64,000 bases of DNA from the NCBI GenBank assembly GCA_977017645.1, contig OZ360232.1, positions 54,436,001 through 54,500,000 on the forward strand, in the 5' to 3' direction. Both the position numbers and the translations under genes were made by a program. Source of the DNA: Torpedo marmorata. Lineage: Eukaryota. Positions 48,910 to 61,718 of the stretch are shown in pieces (position 1 is the first letter of the stretch; the number at the start of each line of letters is the position of its first letter). Below the pieces are notes generated by a model. That model searched no databases. It was not told where the DNA came from and saw only the letters and a list, made by a program, of their open reading frames with translations.

Positions 48910-51900
48910 ATGTAGCCTCAGAAACCCAGCTGGGTAAAAGGGGCAAACAGTTAGTTACAGACGCCATTCTTCACAACTTGCTGGGAAGGACAAATCCATC
49001 AACAAAATTTAAATCATCTCTAATGGCCTTCTGCCCACATCCAAAACACACTATTTATTCATTAATCCAACAAACCTCAATTTGAAGAATTCATAACATT
49101 TCAAAATGCTATCTTCCTTAGCCATCTCCTCCAGCACTCAAATTGCCTGCATTTTCTAATTCTGGTCTGAACATTCTTGATTTTAATCTCTCCACCATGA
49201 GCTACTATTTTCCAGAATTCCTTCCCTAAACCTGTCCTATGTTCTCTCAGTAAAAGCTCTATGGCCAAGTGTTTTGACATCTGGCATCAAACAATGTTTC
49301 AGGGAAGCATCTTGGGAAATTTTGCGACACAGAAGATGCTACATAATGGCATATGGGCTCACACTAAAAATAAATAATTGGGCAAAGAGGAATTTTATCT
49401 TCATTAACCTACAACAATATTTTGGATACAATACTAATTAAATAACGATACAATTCCCGGAAGATGGGTATTAAATGGCTTTTACACTTTAAAATGTACG
49501 TCACATGCCAAAGGTAAGTACATTCATTATGCCAACACTTTTCATTTTGACTGGAGTCGTGGGGGCGTAGGGGGTGGGGGGGGGGGGGGGGAAAGAAGTG
49601 CAAAAGCAATGAACAATAACAATCATGGTAGTTCAAAACATGTCATTTTTACAAAAGGCATGTTAAAAAAAATAAGATACAAAAACTTCAGTGCTACCTC
49701 AGTTGTATGGACCACAGAAAATTGGTCTCAAAATCAACTCACTAACTTGTTCATTCATTGGGAAAGTCTGAAATTATTACACATAGCTTATTTTCTTTTG
49801 TTTAAATGTTCATTGTTTTGAAATATTGGTTCCCAGGGCCAGCAACGTTTTGGTGCCATCATTAAATGGCTTATTAGTATTACAGATCCAAAGACAGCAA
49901 ATTTCCTGCGTACTTACTTTTTGTTTTACAAAAGCAAATCCTGGCAGTATCTTAATGCATTATGAACAAAGAGTTTTTATGCAAAACTATTGGGTAATCT
50001 TTGTAATGTGCCAAAAACATAATTGTTTGCCATAATGCATACAAATTAACCATGCGTTATTTTTAAACCAAGATTTACAGTATGTGTGTTTGCAGAAATG
50101 GCAAAAGAGATGGGCAGTTTATCTGGAAGCACTCGAGAAGAGTGATACAGAATGGATTTTATTTCCATGAACCCTTCAATTTAATTGGAAAACTGCTTTT
50201 ACCATGTCTCAACAAAAACAAGGAACAAATAAGAGGTGTTACTTTAAATTCAACCATAATTTCATTACCTTGCATATTATGTTTTCAGAACAATAAAATC
50301 TAGCAGGGGACATAGCAACTGAAAGCTATTCATGGCAAATAAACATTGTTACATCAAAAAAATTAATGTAATAACCTAAAAAGTAGTGAAGACATTAGAA
50401 TCATAGATTGAAACAGCACAGGTAATATTTTGACTCTGCAGATATTAAGATTAAGTTTTCAAATTAAATCAAATAAATTTAATAATTTTTTTTAAAAATG
50501 AGAAATTCCAACATGGTTGCAATCTTTTGGAGAAAATATTTAAAATGTTAAATTCTTCACATGAGAAATTCAAAATTAGATAAAGAAAATCCATGCAGTT
50601 CAATTATAAGCATCATCCTCACTTTCAAAATTGATACATTCATTGGATAAATGAATGTACTATTTACAAGTTGAATTTTTTGCTTGCTACATTTTCTTTT
50701 AAGAACATTAAAGTGCTCGGTAGTTCTTATAAACCTATACAGTTCGTTGACCACAAAAAAAGAGATTTTCATCAAGGCAGATTGTGGATTCCTGTATATT
50801 TTGAGCTGAACATCTTGAAATGGAACTGCAAAAGGCTGCCTTTGTGTCATTGTATTAATGTGATAACGGTTGTCACCTGCTGTCTGAAATCTTATGCCAA
50901 GGAATGCAAGATTTGACACAGCAGACAAGAACCAATACAAGAAACTGTTGCAGCTGCTACGAACAGTTTTCCCAATGAAAACAATGTTTATTTGTTTGGG
51001 GATAATGCATCTTGATTGGTGGGGAGTGGGGAAGCAGAGGCAGGATTTTGGGGGGGGGCACAAGGAGCGAGCGGGAGCAAAATCATCTTTTAATATCAAT
51101 TTACTTTACTAGTTTGCAGAAAATTGTGTTTAAATCTGAGTGTTTTGAAGGCAAAACACAATTGCATACCAAAGCTGAGCAAATCAGGAACATTTATGCC
51201 CATCACTGTGGGGTTCTCCTTCCAGAAAAAAATATCCAACTTTAAGCGCTTGTGGTTAAATGTGACTAACACAGCTGGGTGCAGTGGTCAGTGCTGACAT
51301 GGTAGACTGTTTCTGTACTGTTCTCCTCTGATTCATAATTTAAGAGTATTGCAAGAATGGCCCTCAATTGTCAAAGTCAGCAAATCCTCAGCTGCAAATC
51401 TCCTAACCCATGCACATGTTCACAATTCAAGGTACAGCGCAATCCAGAACTTTATCAAATTGCATTAGGCAACCAATCACCATTCCTGGCTGGACAAGTA
51501 TTTACATAGGGTATGACTTTAGACAAATACCTTGATTCAATAATGGTAATTGGGCCAGCAGCCAGACATGATCAAGAGATGAGTTTAAGTCACATTGGAA
51601 TAAGTAGAGAATTTAAATTCAAGTTATTAAAAATAGCTGGAATTAATGGATATGAGGTAGCCTCAGTAATGGTGGCCATGAAAATACTGAATTGTCTTAA
51701 AAACTCATCTGGTTCACTCACTTCCTTCAGGGGGAAAAAAATTACTTTCAACTCTAAATCCACCAGTAACTCGATTTTTGTGGTCAATATCAAGCATGAT
51801 CACTTTTACAGTATCAATTGTAAATCTTGGTCAATCTGTTACAATACTAAAGACCTTGTTTGTTTCTCAAACAAGCCCCTGATTGTTTTCTATCTTTGCT

Positions 51901-52301
51901 AGTAATAAAACAGAAACCCACCTTTGCTCTAAATACAAACATCTATAACTCTTTGAATCTGCATCTTTTGGAGGGGGCCAAACAAATGTAATAAGTAACT
52001 ATGTGTTCATCTTCATCAATATCCTCAACAAATTATTTAGGGTTCTAGTGCACCCCTTTCTTACCCCCCCTCCCCACTTCACCTCCAAAATCTCAATTGT
52101 AAAATGCTCTCAGCTCTAAATTACATTAAGGCACGCCTTTCCTCCTGTTTATTCAAACTCTACAATATTTCTGAGACAATACTGGGTACCTTTATACACC
52201 CTGAAAACCGTCCTACAGATTGCATTGTTATGGTGCTAATAAATCCTGTTATATAATATTCATAATATGGCTGAAAACTCCATATACCAGTATTTTGCAT
52301 T

Positions 52302-55300
52302 TATCTGAAGTTGTAAATAATAGTGACCTTTCTCCACATGCTAGTTAGGTTAGAAAGAGGAGAATAATGCAGCTTAACATGTCGCTAAAGAGATGTTGCA
52401 GGAGGGAGGGCTTCAGGTTTCTGGATCACTGGGAAGGTGGGACCTGTTCCGACAGGACGGTTTGCATCTGAACTCCAGGGGGACTAATATCCTTGCAGGA
52501 AGGTTTGCTAGTGCTGCTCCGGGCGGGGAGGGGAAAGAGTTTAAACTAGATTTGCAGGGGGGTGGGAACCAGAGTGCCAGAGCAGAGTGGAGGATGAAAA
52601 AGAAGTGAGGATTGCATGTAATGTCAGACGTCAAAGGGTTGTACGTGGTGGAAATTTACTCAGGTGCATCTATTTCAATGCAAGTATTGTAGGAAAGACA
52701 GGTGAGCTTAGAGCGTGGATTGGTACGTGGAATTATGACATTGTGGCCATTAGTGAAACTTGGTTGCAGGAGGAGCAGGACGGGCAGCTCAATGTTCCAG
52801 GGTTCCTTTGTTTCAGACACGATAAAGCAGGAGGGATGAAAGGGGAGGAGTGACATTGCTCGTCAGGGAAAATATCACAACTGCGCTCAGACAGGACAGA
52901 CAAGAGGCTACTGAGACTATATGGGTGGAGCTGAGGAACAGGAAAGTTATGACCACACTCATGGGGCTGTATTATAGACCGTCCAATAGTCAGCGAGAAT
53001 TGGAGAGATACCAGACAGTTGCAGGAAACAAAGTTGTGATAGTAGATTTTTAACTTTCCACATATTGACTGGGACTCCCATACTATAAAAAGGCTGTTTT
53101 ACTTTTACTATAAAAAGGCTAGATGGCTTGGAGTTTGTCAAATGTGTTCAGGACAGTTTTCTAAATCAAAAAATAGAGGTACCAGCTGGAGAGAGTGCAA
53201 TACCGGATCTCCTATAGGGGAATAAGACAGGACAGGTGACAGAAGTACATTTTAGGTCCAGTGATCATAATGCCATTAGTTCCAAGTTAATTATGGATAA
53301 GGATAGGTCTGGTCTTCCGGCTGAGATCCTAAATTAGAGAAAGGCCAATTTAGAGAAAATGAGAAAAAATCTAGAAAGCGTGGATTGGGATAAGTTGTTT
53401 TCTGGCAAGGATGTGTTTCGTAAGTGGAAAGCCTTCAAAGGCGAAATTTTGAGAGTTCAGAGTTTGTATGTTCCTGTCAGGATTAAAGGCAAAGTTAACA
53501 GGCATAGGGAACCTTGGTTGTCGAGGGATATTGTGGATCTAGTTAAGAAGAGAGAGGTGTATAGCAGGTATAGGCAACATGGAGCAAATGGGGTACTTGA
53601 GGAGTATAAAAAATACAAGAAAAATCTCAAGAAAGAAATCAGAAGGGCTAAAAGACATGGGTTTTTTTGCATCAGTATTTTCTCAGGAAACTGGCAGAGC
53701 AGCCTCTATCCTCAAGGACCCCCACCACCCAGGCCATGCCCTCTTCACTCTGCTTCCATCGGGGAAAAGGTACAGGAGCCTAAAGACGAGCACTCAACGG
53801 CAAGGACAGCTTCTTCCCCGATGCCATCAGATTCCTGAATAATCAATGAACCAAAGACACTACCTTACTTTTCGTGCACTATTGTTTATAATTTTGTATA
53901 GTAATGTCGTTAGATGGTAAATATGAATGTTAATTGCACTATGATGCTGCCGCAAAACACCGAATTTCATGACTTGTTCATGACAATAAATTCTGATTCT
54001 GATTGATTCTGAGAGTCTAGGGAAGTAAGGAGAACAAGCAGTGAGGTCATGGAACCTATACAGATTAAAGAGGAGGAGGTGCTTGCTGTCTTAAAGCAAA
54101 TAAGGGTGGATAAATCCCCCAGGCCCTCTTCCCTCAGACCTTGAGGAAGACTAGTGTAGAAATTGTAGGGACACTGTCAGAAATATTTAAAATGGCTTTA
54201 GCCACAGGTGATTGGAGGGTAGCTCATGTTGTTCTGTTGTTTATAATAGGCTCCAAAATATACCCAGGAAATTATAGGCCGGCGAGCCTGACGTCAGTAG
54301 TAGGTAAATTATTGGAAGTTGTCCTAACAGATTGGATATACAAGTATTTGGATAGCCATGGACTGATTACAGATAGTTAACATGGCTTTGTGCGTGGTAG
54401 GTCGTGTTTAACCAATCTTATATAGTTTTTCGAGGACGTTACCAGAAATGTTAATTAAGGAAAGGCTGTGCATGTTGTTTACATGGACTTTAGTAAAGCC
54501 TTAGACAAGGTTAGTCAGAAAGGTTCAGACGCTCAGTATTCATTGTGAGGTAGTGAACTGGATTCAACATTGGCTATACAGGAGAAGCCAGAGAGTGGTA
54601 GTGGATGATTGCTTCTCATACTGGAGGCCTGTGACTAGTGATGTGGCTCTGGGATCAGTGCTGGGACCATTGTTCTTTGTCATCTATATCAATGATCTGG
54701 ATGATAATGTGGTAAATTGGATCAGCAGGTTTGCAGATGACACAAAGATTGGAGGCATTGTGGACAGCGAGGAAGGCTTTCAAAGCTTGCAGAGGGATCT
54801 GGACCAGCTGGAAAAATGGGCTGAAAAATGGCATCTGAAATTTATTGCAGAGAAGTGAGAGGTGTTGCATTTTGGAAGGAGAAACCAAGGTAGGACATTC
54901 GCAGTAAATGGTAGGGCTCTGAGGAGTGTGGTAGAACAGAGAATCTGGGAATACAGATACATAATTTCCTGAAAGTGGCATCACAGGTAGATAGGGTTGT
55001 AAAGAGAGCTTTTGACATATTGGCCTTCATAAATCAAAGAATTGAGTATAGGAATTGGGATGTTATGGTAAAGTTATTTAAGACATTGGTGATGCCAAAT
55101 TTGGAGTATTGTGTGCAGTTTTGGTCACCTAACTACAGGAAAGATTGAAAGAGTGCAGAGAAGATATACTAGAATGTTGCTGGGACTTCAGGAACCGAGT
55201 TACAGGGAAAGGTTAAACAGGTTAGGACTTTATTCCCTGGAGCGAAGAATAAGGGGAGATTTGATAGAGGTATACAAAATTATGAGGGGTATAGAGTAAA

Positions 55301-55613
55301 TGCAAGTAGTCTTTTTTCACTGAGGTTAGGTGAGATACAAACCAGAGGACATGGGTTAAGGGTTAAAGGGGAAACGTTTAGGGGGAACATCTTCACACAG
55401 AGTCGTGGGAGTGTGGAACGAGCTGCCAGCTGATGTGGTGAATGCAGGCTCAATTTTCACATTTAAGAAAAATTTGGACAGGTACATGGATGGGAGAGGT
55501 ATGGCATGCTATGGAATGAGTGCAGTTCAGTGGGACTGAGCAGAATAATAGTTTAGCACAGACTAGAAGGGCCAAAGGGACAATTTCTGTGCTGTAATGT
55601 TCCATGGTTCTCT
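52302..55613 (+). mobile_element. CR1 LINE, about 3.3 kb, same subfamily as 22605-26048, opposite orientation
   Basis: ORF1 end (WDLFRQDGLHLNSRGTNILAGRF, esterase-type), EN (DIVAISETWL), RT (SRFADDTKIGG), 3'UTR gttccatggttct. Confidence 0.92.
53700..54011 (+). mobile_element. Rex1/Babar 3' fragment inserted in CR1
   Basis: Near-identical to about 62172-62475; gacaataaattctgattctga tail. Confidence 0.88.
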
Positions 55614-56508
55614 TCATTTCTCCTAGCCTCAATATTTTGCAAGACACTAACAAAAAAATATACCAGTTCAGGGAAAAGCAAGTTTCCCCATTTTACATCA
55701 GGTACATTGACCAAATCCCTAACATCATGTTCTTTTTGAGAGGTCTCCTGAAGTACAAAATAAAAATCTAATCTAACCACATCCAATTTCAACCTAACCC
55801 AACTCGCCAGAGTACTTACAACTAATTGTGCAATGCTCTATCTGGCCCAACCCAATGATTATCTTAAATATTACAAATGCAAATATCCTATCTGTTTGAG
55901 GATTAAATACCAAATAAATACAGCTAGGATTCTTAACATTCTTAGACTTATCTTGTAACTAAATCATCTTAAGCTTGATAAAGTACTGAGCCAGGATGCC
56001 ACAATACAGCCCAAACCATCCCAAATCTAAATGTTTTCATTGGGATATGCACCCATGCAAAAATGAATTTGACATATGGCTGGGTCTGTCAGTTCATGTC
56101 AGTTCTGTTATTTAGCTTGCTGCTCTCGAGAACTGACAGGCTCTACTCCAGTATTACTCATAAGCAGACTTGCTGGTCATGTACAAGAACGGTCAACCAC
56201 AAATCTGTCCAACTCAAATATTGGATCAATTGTGGAAGGTTGACTCCTTCCTGCCCATCCTCTATCAAGATCATCCAGTACCCAATTATAGGTATCCTGT
56301 TTACTTTCTTTCTTTCATGTCTTTCCAAGTAGTTTTATCTACAGTTGATAATTACTTGAGACTTCCAGCTGGCGACTGCCATGAGTTAGGTGGCAGCAGT
56401 TAGGTGCTCCGGCCAACTTTTAAATATTTCTCATTCAATCATCTTTAATCTTTAACCAAAGTGGCTTAAACTTTGCTCCTTCAATATTTAATATCACTGC
56501 TTTTTGAA

Positions 56509-57336
56509 ATGACATCGACCAGAGCTGCCAAAACAGCAAAAAATGGTAAGGAGGATATGGCTCCTTTATCTGCAGGCAACGTGGCAGATATGCTGAAAAA
56601 GCAATCACGGGAGTTAACTCGAGAAATAACTGGAGCAGTGAAAGAATGTCAACGAGAGCTTGATTATAAGCTTGAAAAGGTTCTACAATCGATTACAACA
56701 ATTGAAGAGCGTTTGGATACTGTTGAAGGTGATTTGCTGTCTGTTAATGACCGTATTGAAACTTTAGAAACTCGATGTGATACAATGGCTGCCAGCAACT
56801 CCAAGTTAACCTCGAATGTGCTCGATTTGGAGAGCAGGAGCAGACGTCAAAACTTACAGATCCTGGGTTTAAAAGAAAATACTGAAAAAGGCAAGTTAAC
56901 TGATTTCTTCTCAGGTTTGCTTATGGAGGTGTTTGGAGAAGCCTTCTTTGCTACTAAACCTGAGCTCGACAGAGCACATCGGTCTTTGGCTGTTAAGCCA
57001 ACCTCGGAACATCGCTCACGTTTGGTAATTCTTCGTTTTCATTACTACCAAGAAAAGGATCGGGTTATTCGTGAAGCTCGTCGGAACAGAAATTTCATTT
57101 ACCAGGGTCAAAAAATTAGATTCGTTGAAGATTTTTGTCCTGAAATTATGGAAATGTGGAAAGAATACAGAGAAATTATGACTGAGCTATACAAGAAAGG
57201 ACTGAAACCTGCTTTGCTGTATCCAGCTCGTTTGCGGATCACCTTGGAAGGAGGTCAAGAGAAATTTTTGAATTTGGTGGATGATGCTCGCAAAGTTTTG
57301 GAGGATCCTTTTCTTTCAACTCCAAGTTTAATATGA
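56509..57336 (+). CDS. L1 ORF1p (coiled coil + RRM + CTD), open frame, 275 aa
   Basis: LESRSRRQNLQILGLKE, ELDRAHRS, LLYPARLRI are L1 ORF1p motifs. Confidence 0.88.
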   Translation: MTSTRAAKTAKNGKEDMAPLSAGNVADMLKKQSRELTREITGAVKECQRELDYKLEKVLQSITTIEERLDTVEGDLLSVNDRIETLETRCDTMAASNSKLTSNVLDLESRSRRQNLQILGLKENTEKGKLTDFFSGLLMEVFGEAFFATKPELDRAHRSLAVKPTSEHRSRLVILRFHYYQEKDRVIREARRNRNFIYQGQKIRFVEDFCPEIMEMWKEYREIMTELYKKGLKPALLYPARLRITLEGGQEKFLNLVDDARKVLEDPFLSTPSLI

Positions 57337-59598
57337 ACTAATAGTCGGTGTCGGAAGTTTTTTCTATCTTGAAGGGTTTTTTTTTTGAGTGGGAGAAGTC
57401 TGGCTGTTCTCTTCTTTTGTTAATTGAAGGGTTCATTGATTTAATGAAGCGGTTTTATTTTAAACTTAGTTTAATCAGTTTATTTTGTTTCTCTTTGATA
57501 TTAAAGATTTAAATAGATTGTATTAATCTTAAGTTATTAATGCAGACTGTATTTCCCTATTTTGATTATTCACTTATTAATACCGCAAGTGTATGTACTT
57601 TATTATTCGACTGTGGGAAAGTTGGCTTGCGCGGTTAGTTTATTACGACTGTGGGAAAATGCAGTCAGCATTGAAATAATGTATATGCGCTTAAACTATT
57701 TTAGATCTGGGAAAAAAATTATATTATTTGAATAAGTAGTGTCCATGTCATTGAGTTTGGATAGTTAAAAGTGGATTTTTTATAGTTTAAGGAGCTTTAA
57801 TTTTTAATTACTAATGATTTGGTAATATTTGGAACGTTTAAGATTTAACAGTTTTGATGATATTAACACAGCTGCGCATATTTTTTAAAATTTGGTAGAT
57901 AGTGGGAATGAATCACGAAGTTACTGAGCATGTGCATACATTGTTTATCTTTACTGTAACATTGTATCTTTCACTTTGGTTAAACTTTTTTTATATATAG
58001 AACTTTTCTTTGTTTGGAAAAAATTATTAATTATTTTTCTTTTAATATAAGGAGCTATATTAAGAATTACAATAGAAGTGTGTAGGGTTATAAGGTTTCT
58101 TTTTGAGCTGGTTGCCACTTGTTTTGGCATCCTTCAGAGTTGGGAGGTTTGGGGGGGTTTGTTTGGGTTCTTATTAGGTTTGCAAGGTTATTTTGATTTC
58201 ATGGTCTGCTCATTCTTTGTTATTGCGTGGTTTCAAGGTGACAGATCTTGGAATGGTGACAGACAGTTGGATTATTTTCATAATGATCATTTTCATAGCA
58301 TTAATTAATATTAATTAAGACTCATGATTAACCCAATTAGACTTATATCATGTAATATTAAGGGTATGAATGGTCCAATTAAACGCCGTAGGGTATTTGC
58401 TCATGTTAGGCATCTAAAGGCTGATATTGTTTTTCTTCAAGAAACTCATATCAGGAATTCTGATAAGGATCGGATCTTTTCTAAATGGAGAGGACAATGT
58501 TTTCATTCTTCTTCTGATGCTAAAATCAGGGGAGTTTCCATTTTAATTAATCAAAACATTCCATTTGTACTTCATAACACTTGATCAGATAATCAAGGTC
58601 GTTATATTATTCTTACAGGTAAATTACATAATAAAATGGTTGTTTTTGCTAATGTATATGCCCCTAACACCGATGATTCGGAATTTTTTGAAAGATTTTT
58701 TTCAGCCCTACCTGATTTAAGTCAATACTCACTGGTATTGGGGGGGGGGGGGGAAAGGGACGACTTTAATTGTTGGCTAAATACTGCTCCAGATCGTTCT
58801 TCTTCTAAACCTGCTGTTCTAAGTAAATCTGCTGCTGTAATTCACTCTTTTTAAACAAATTTTGGTATTTCAGATGTTTGGCTTTTTTTTTTATACCCTG
58901 ACAGCAGAGAATATTCTTTTTTTTTTCAAATGTGCATCGTAACTATACTCGGATTGATTATTTTTTAATAGATAATCAATTGATTTCACTGACCAAATCA
59001 TGTGAATATCAAGGACTAGTGATTTCTGATCATGTTCCTGTTATCTTGTCTTTGAACTTTCCTGACATTCCTTTTACAAAGAGGCATTGGCGTTTTAATT
59101 CTACCTTACTCTCAGATAAAGATTTTTTGAACTTTATGGAAGAGCAGATTCAGTTTTTCTTCACTACAAATTCATCTCCAACAATTTCTAACCTGATTGT
59201 TTGGGATACTATGAAAGCATATCTGAGAGGGCAAATTATTTCTTATACAGCTAATATAAAGAAGAAGACTAATAAGGAAAGATTTGATTTAATCAATCAG
59301 ATTAAACAAGTTAAAAATCCTGATTTATATAAAAGGAGAGTTGAATTTAAAACTAAATTTGATCTTCTTTCTACTTATCCCATTGAACAGCCACTTTTGA
59401 GAAGTAAGAGTCAGTTCTATATTCATTGTGAAAAATCTGGTAAGCTTTTCGCTAGCCAATTGAAAGGAGTGGCTGCTAAGAAACAAATTAATAAAATTCG
59501 GATGGAAGATGGTACGCATACTACTGATCATTCTAAAATAAATGATACATTTAGAGAATTCTATACCAGATTGTATACTTCTGAATCTAATAATGATA

Positions 59599-59664
59599 GT
59601 TTTCTCTTCGCCACCTCTCTCCGGGAGCCGGTGTGTGGCGGCCGGGCTGAGGAGACGGAAAGAA
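59599..59664. other. 66-nt CpG-rich insert of unknown origin in L1 ORF2 with a 10-bp TSD
   Basis: Flanks aataatgata (59589-59598) / aataataata (59665-59674); removing it restores the ORF2 frame SESNNDNTSMSDF. Confidence 0.8.
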
Positions 59665-61718
59665 AATAATAATAATACTTCAATGTCAGATTTTCTGGTC
59701 CGCCTTGATTTGCCTATGCTTTCTCAGGATAAACGTACCAGTCTGGAGGTACCTATTTCTCAAGAGGAAATACTTTTTGCAATTTCCTCCTTACAATCTA
59801 GTAAATCTCTAGGACCTGATGGGTACCCTGTGGAATTTTATAAATCCTTTTCCAAATTGCTTGTGTCCCAACTAAGTTCTGTGCTTAATGACTCATTTAA
59901 ACAAGGGAATCTTCCATCATCTTTTAATGAAGCTTGTATTTCTCTTATTTTGAAAAAAAGGGAAGGATCCATTTGAATGTGCTTCTTATAGACCTATTTC
60001 TTTACTTAATGTAGATTTTGTCTAAAATTTTGGCTCATAGATTGGAGAATATTTTACCATTAATCATTTCCGAAGATCAAACCGGTTTTATTAAAAACCA
60101 TTATTCTTATTTTAATATACACCGTTTATTGAATGTTTTATATTTATCTCCCACTCCTGCCCCTGAATGTGTTCTCTCTTTGGATGCAGAGAAGGCTTTT
60201 GATCGGGTGGAATGGGGTTATCTATTTGCCACTTTGGAAAAATTTAATTTTGGACCATGTTTTATTAAATGGATTAAATTATTATATTTATGTCCTACTG
60301 CCTCAATTCTTACTAATTTACAGCAATCCAAACCTTTTAATCTTCAACGGGGTACTCGTAAAGGTTGTCCTTTAAGTCCATTACTTTTTGACTTGGTATT
60401 AGAACCTCTAGCAATTGCTCTTCGTGAAAGTAGAGATTTTATAGGGATTCATAGGAACGGCATTGAACACAAAGTTTCCTTATATGCAGATGATCTTTTG
60501 CTTTTTGTATCTAATCCAGATGTCTCTTTACCAAACATATTAGCTTTGCTTTCTCATATTAGTCAGTTTTCTGGGTATAAGTTGAATCTGCATAAAAGTG
60601 AACGTTTACCTTTAAATGGTTCTATATCAAGATTTTCTAATTTTCCTTTTAAGATTGTGAAGGATCAATTTACCTATCTCGATATTACAATTACTAGGAG
60701 TTATAAACATCTTTTAAAGGAAATGTTTTCTACTTTATTTAATCAGGTCAAATTACTGCTATCGAGATGGTCACCTTTATCTATTTCCATGACTGGTCGT
60801 ATCAATTCTACTAAAATGAACATTTTACCTAAATTTTTGTATCTTTTCAATCTATACCAATGTTTATTCCCAAATCCTTTTTTGACTCATTGGATTCGAT
60901 TATATCTTCCTACATATGGCAAGGAAAACGCCCCCGCTTAAATAAAGCTCATCTTCAAAAAGATAAAAGGAATGGTGGATTGGCGTTTCCTAATTTCAGA
61001 TTTATTATTGGGTGGTCAATATTCGTAATTTGCTTCTTTTGTTACATTTCGATAATCTACTTGACCGCCCTCCATGGGTAGAAATGGAACTGAATTTTAC
61101 TAAAAGTACTTCTATGTTGGCAATTTTAGGGTCTTTTTTATCCTCTTCTTTATATAAATTAACTGATAATCTGATAATAAGACATAGTTTGAGAATATGG
61201 GCACAATTTAGGATTTTTGGATTTCAGAGTTTTTCTCTTGCCAGCCCTATTATATCTAATCATCTTTTTCAACCTTCTTTGCAAGATACTGTCTTTAAGG
61301 AATGGCACAGATTGGGTATTAAATGTTTTAAAGACTTTTTTTATTCGAAACAATTTTGCTTCCTTTGAACAATTGGTGGTAAAATTTAACTTACCAAACA
61401 CTTTTTTTTAGATATTTACAAGTTAGACATTTTCTTCAATCTCAGACCCCTGACTTTCTGCGAATTCCCGAGGCAAACATTCTTGATACACTTTTTGATT
61501 TACAACTTTCTCAAAGGTTTAATATCTCTTATTTACAATAATTTGCTTGATTTAAAGATAGCCTCGTTAGTTAAGATCAAGAACGATTGGGAACAGGATT
61601 TGAATCTTTCATTCTCAGATGAGTTGTGGGATTCTATTTGTAATCTGATTAATACTACCTCCTTTTGTGCACGACACTGTTTGTTGCAATTTAAAGTGGT
61701 CCATAGAGTACATATGTC

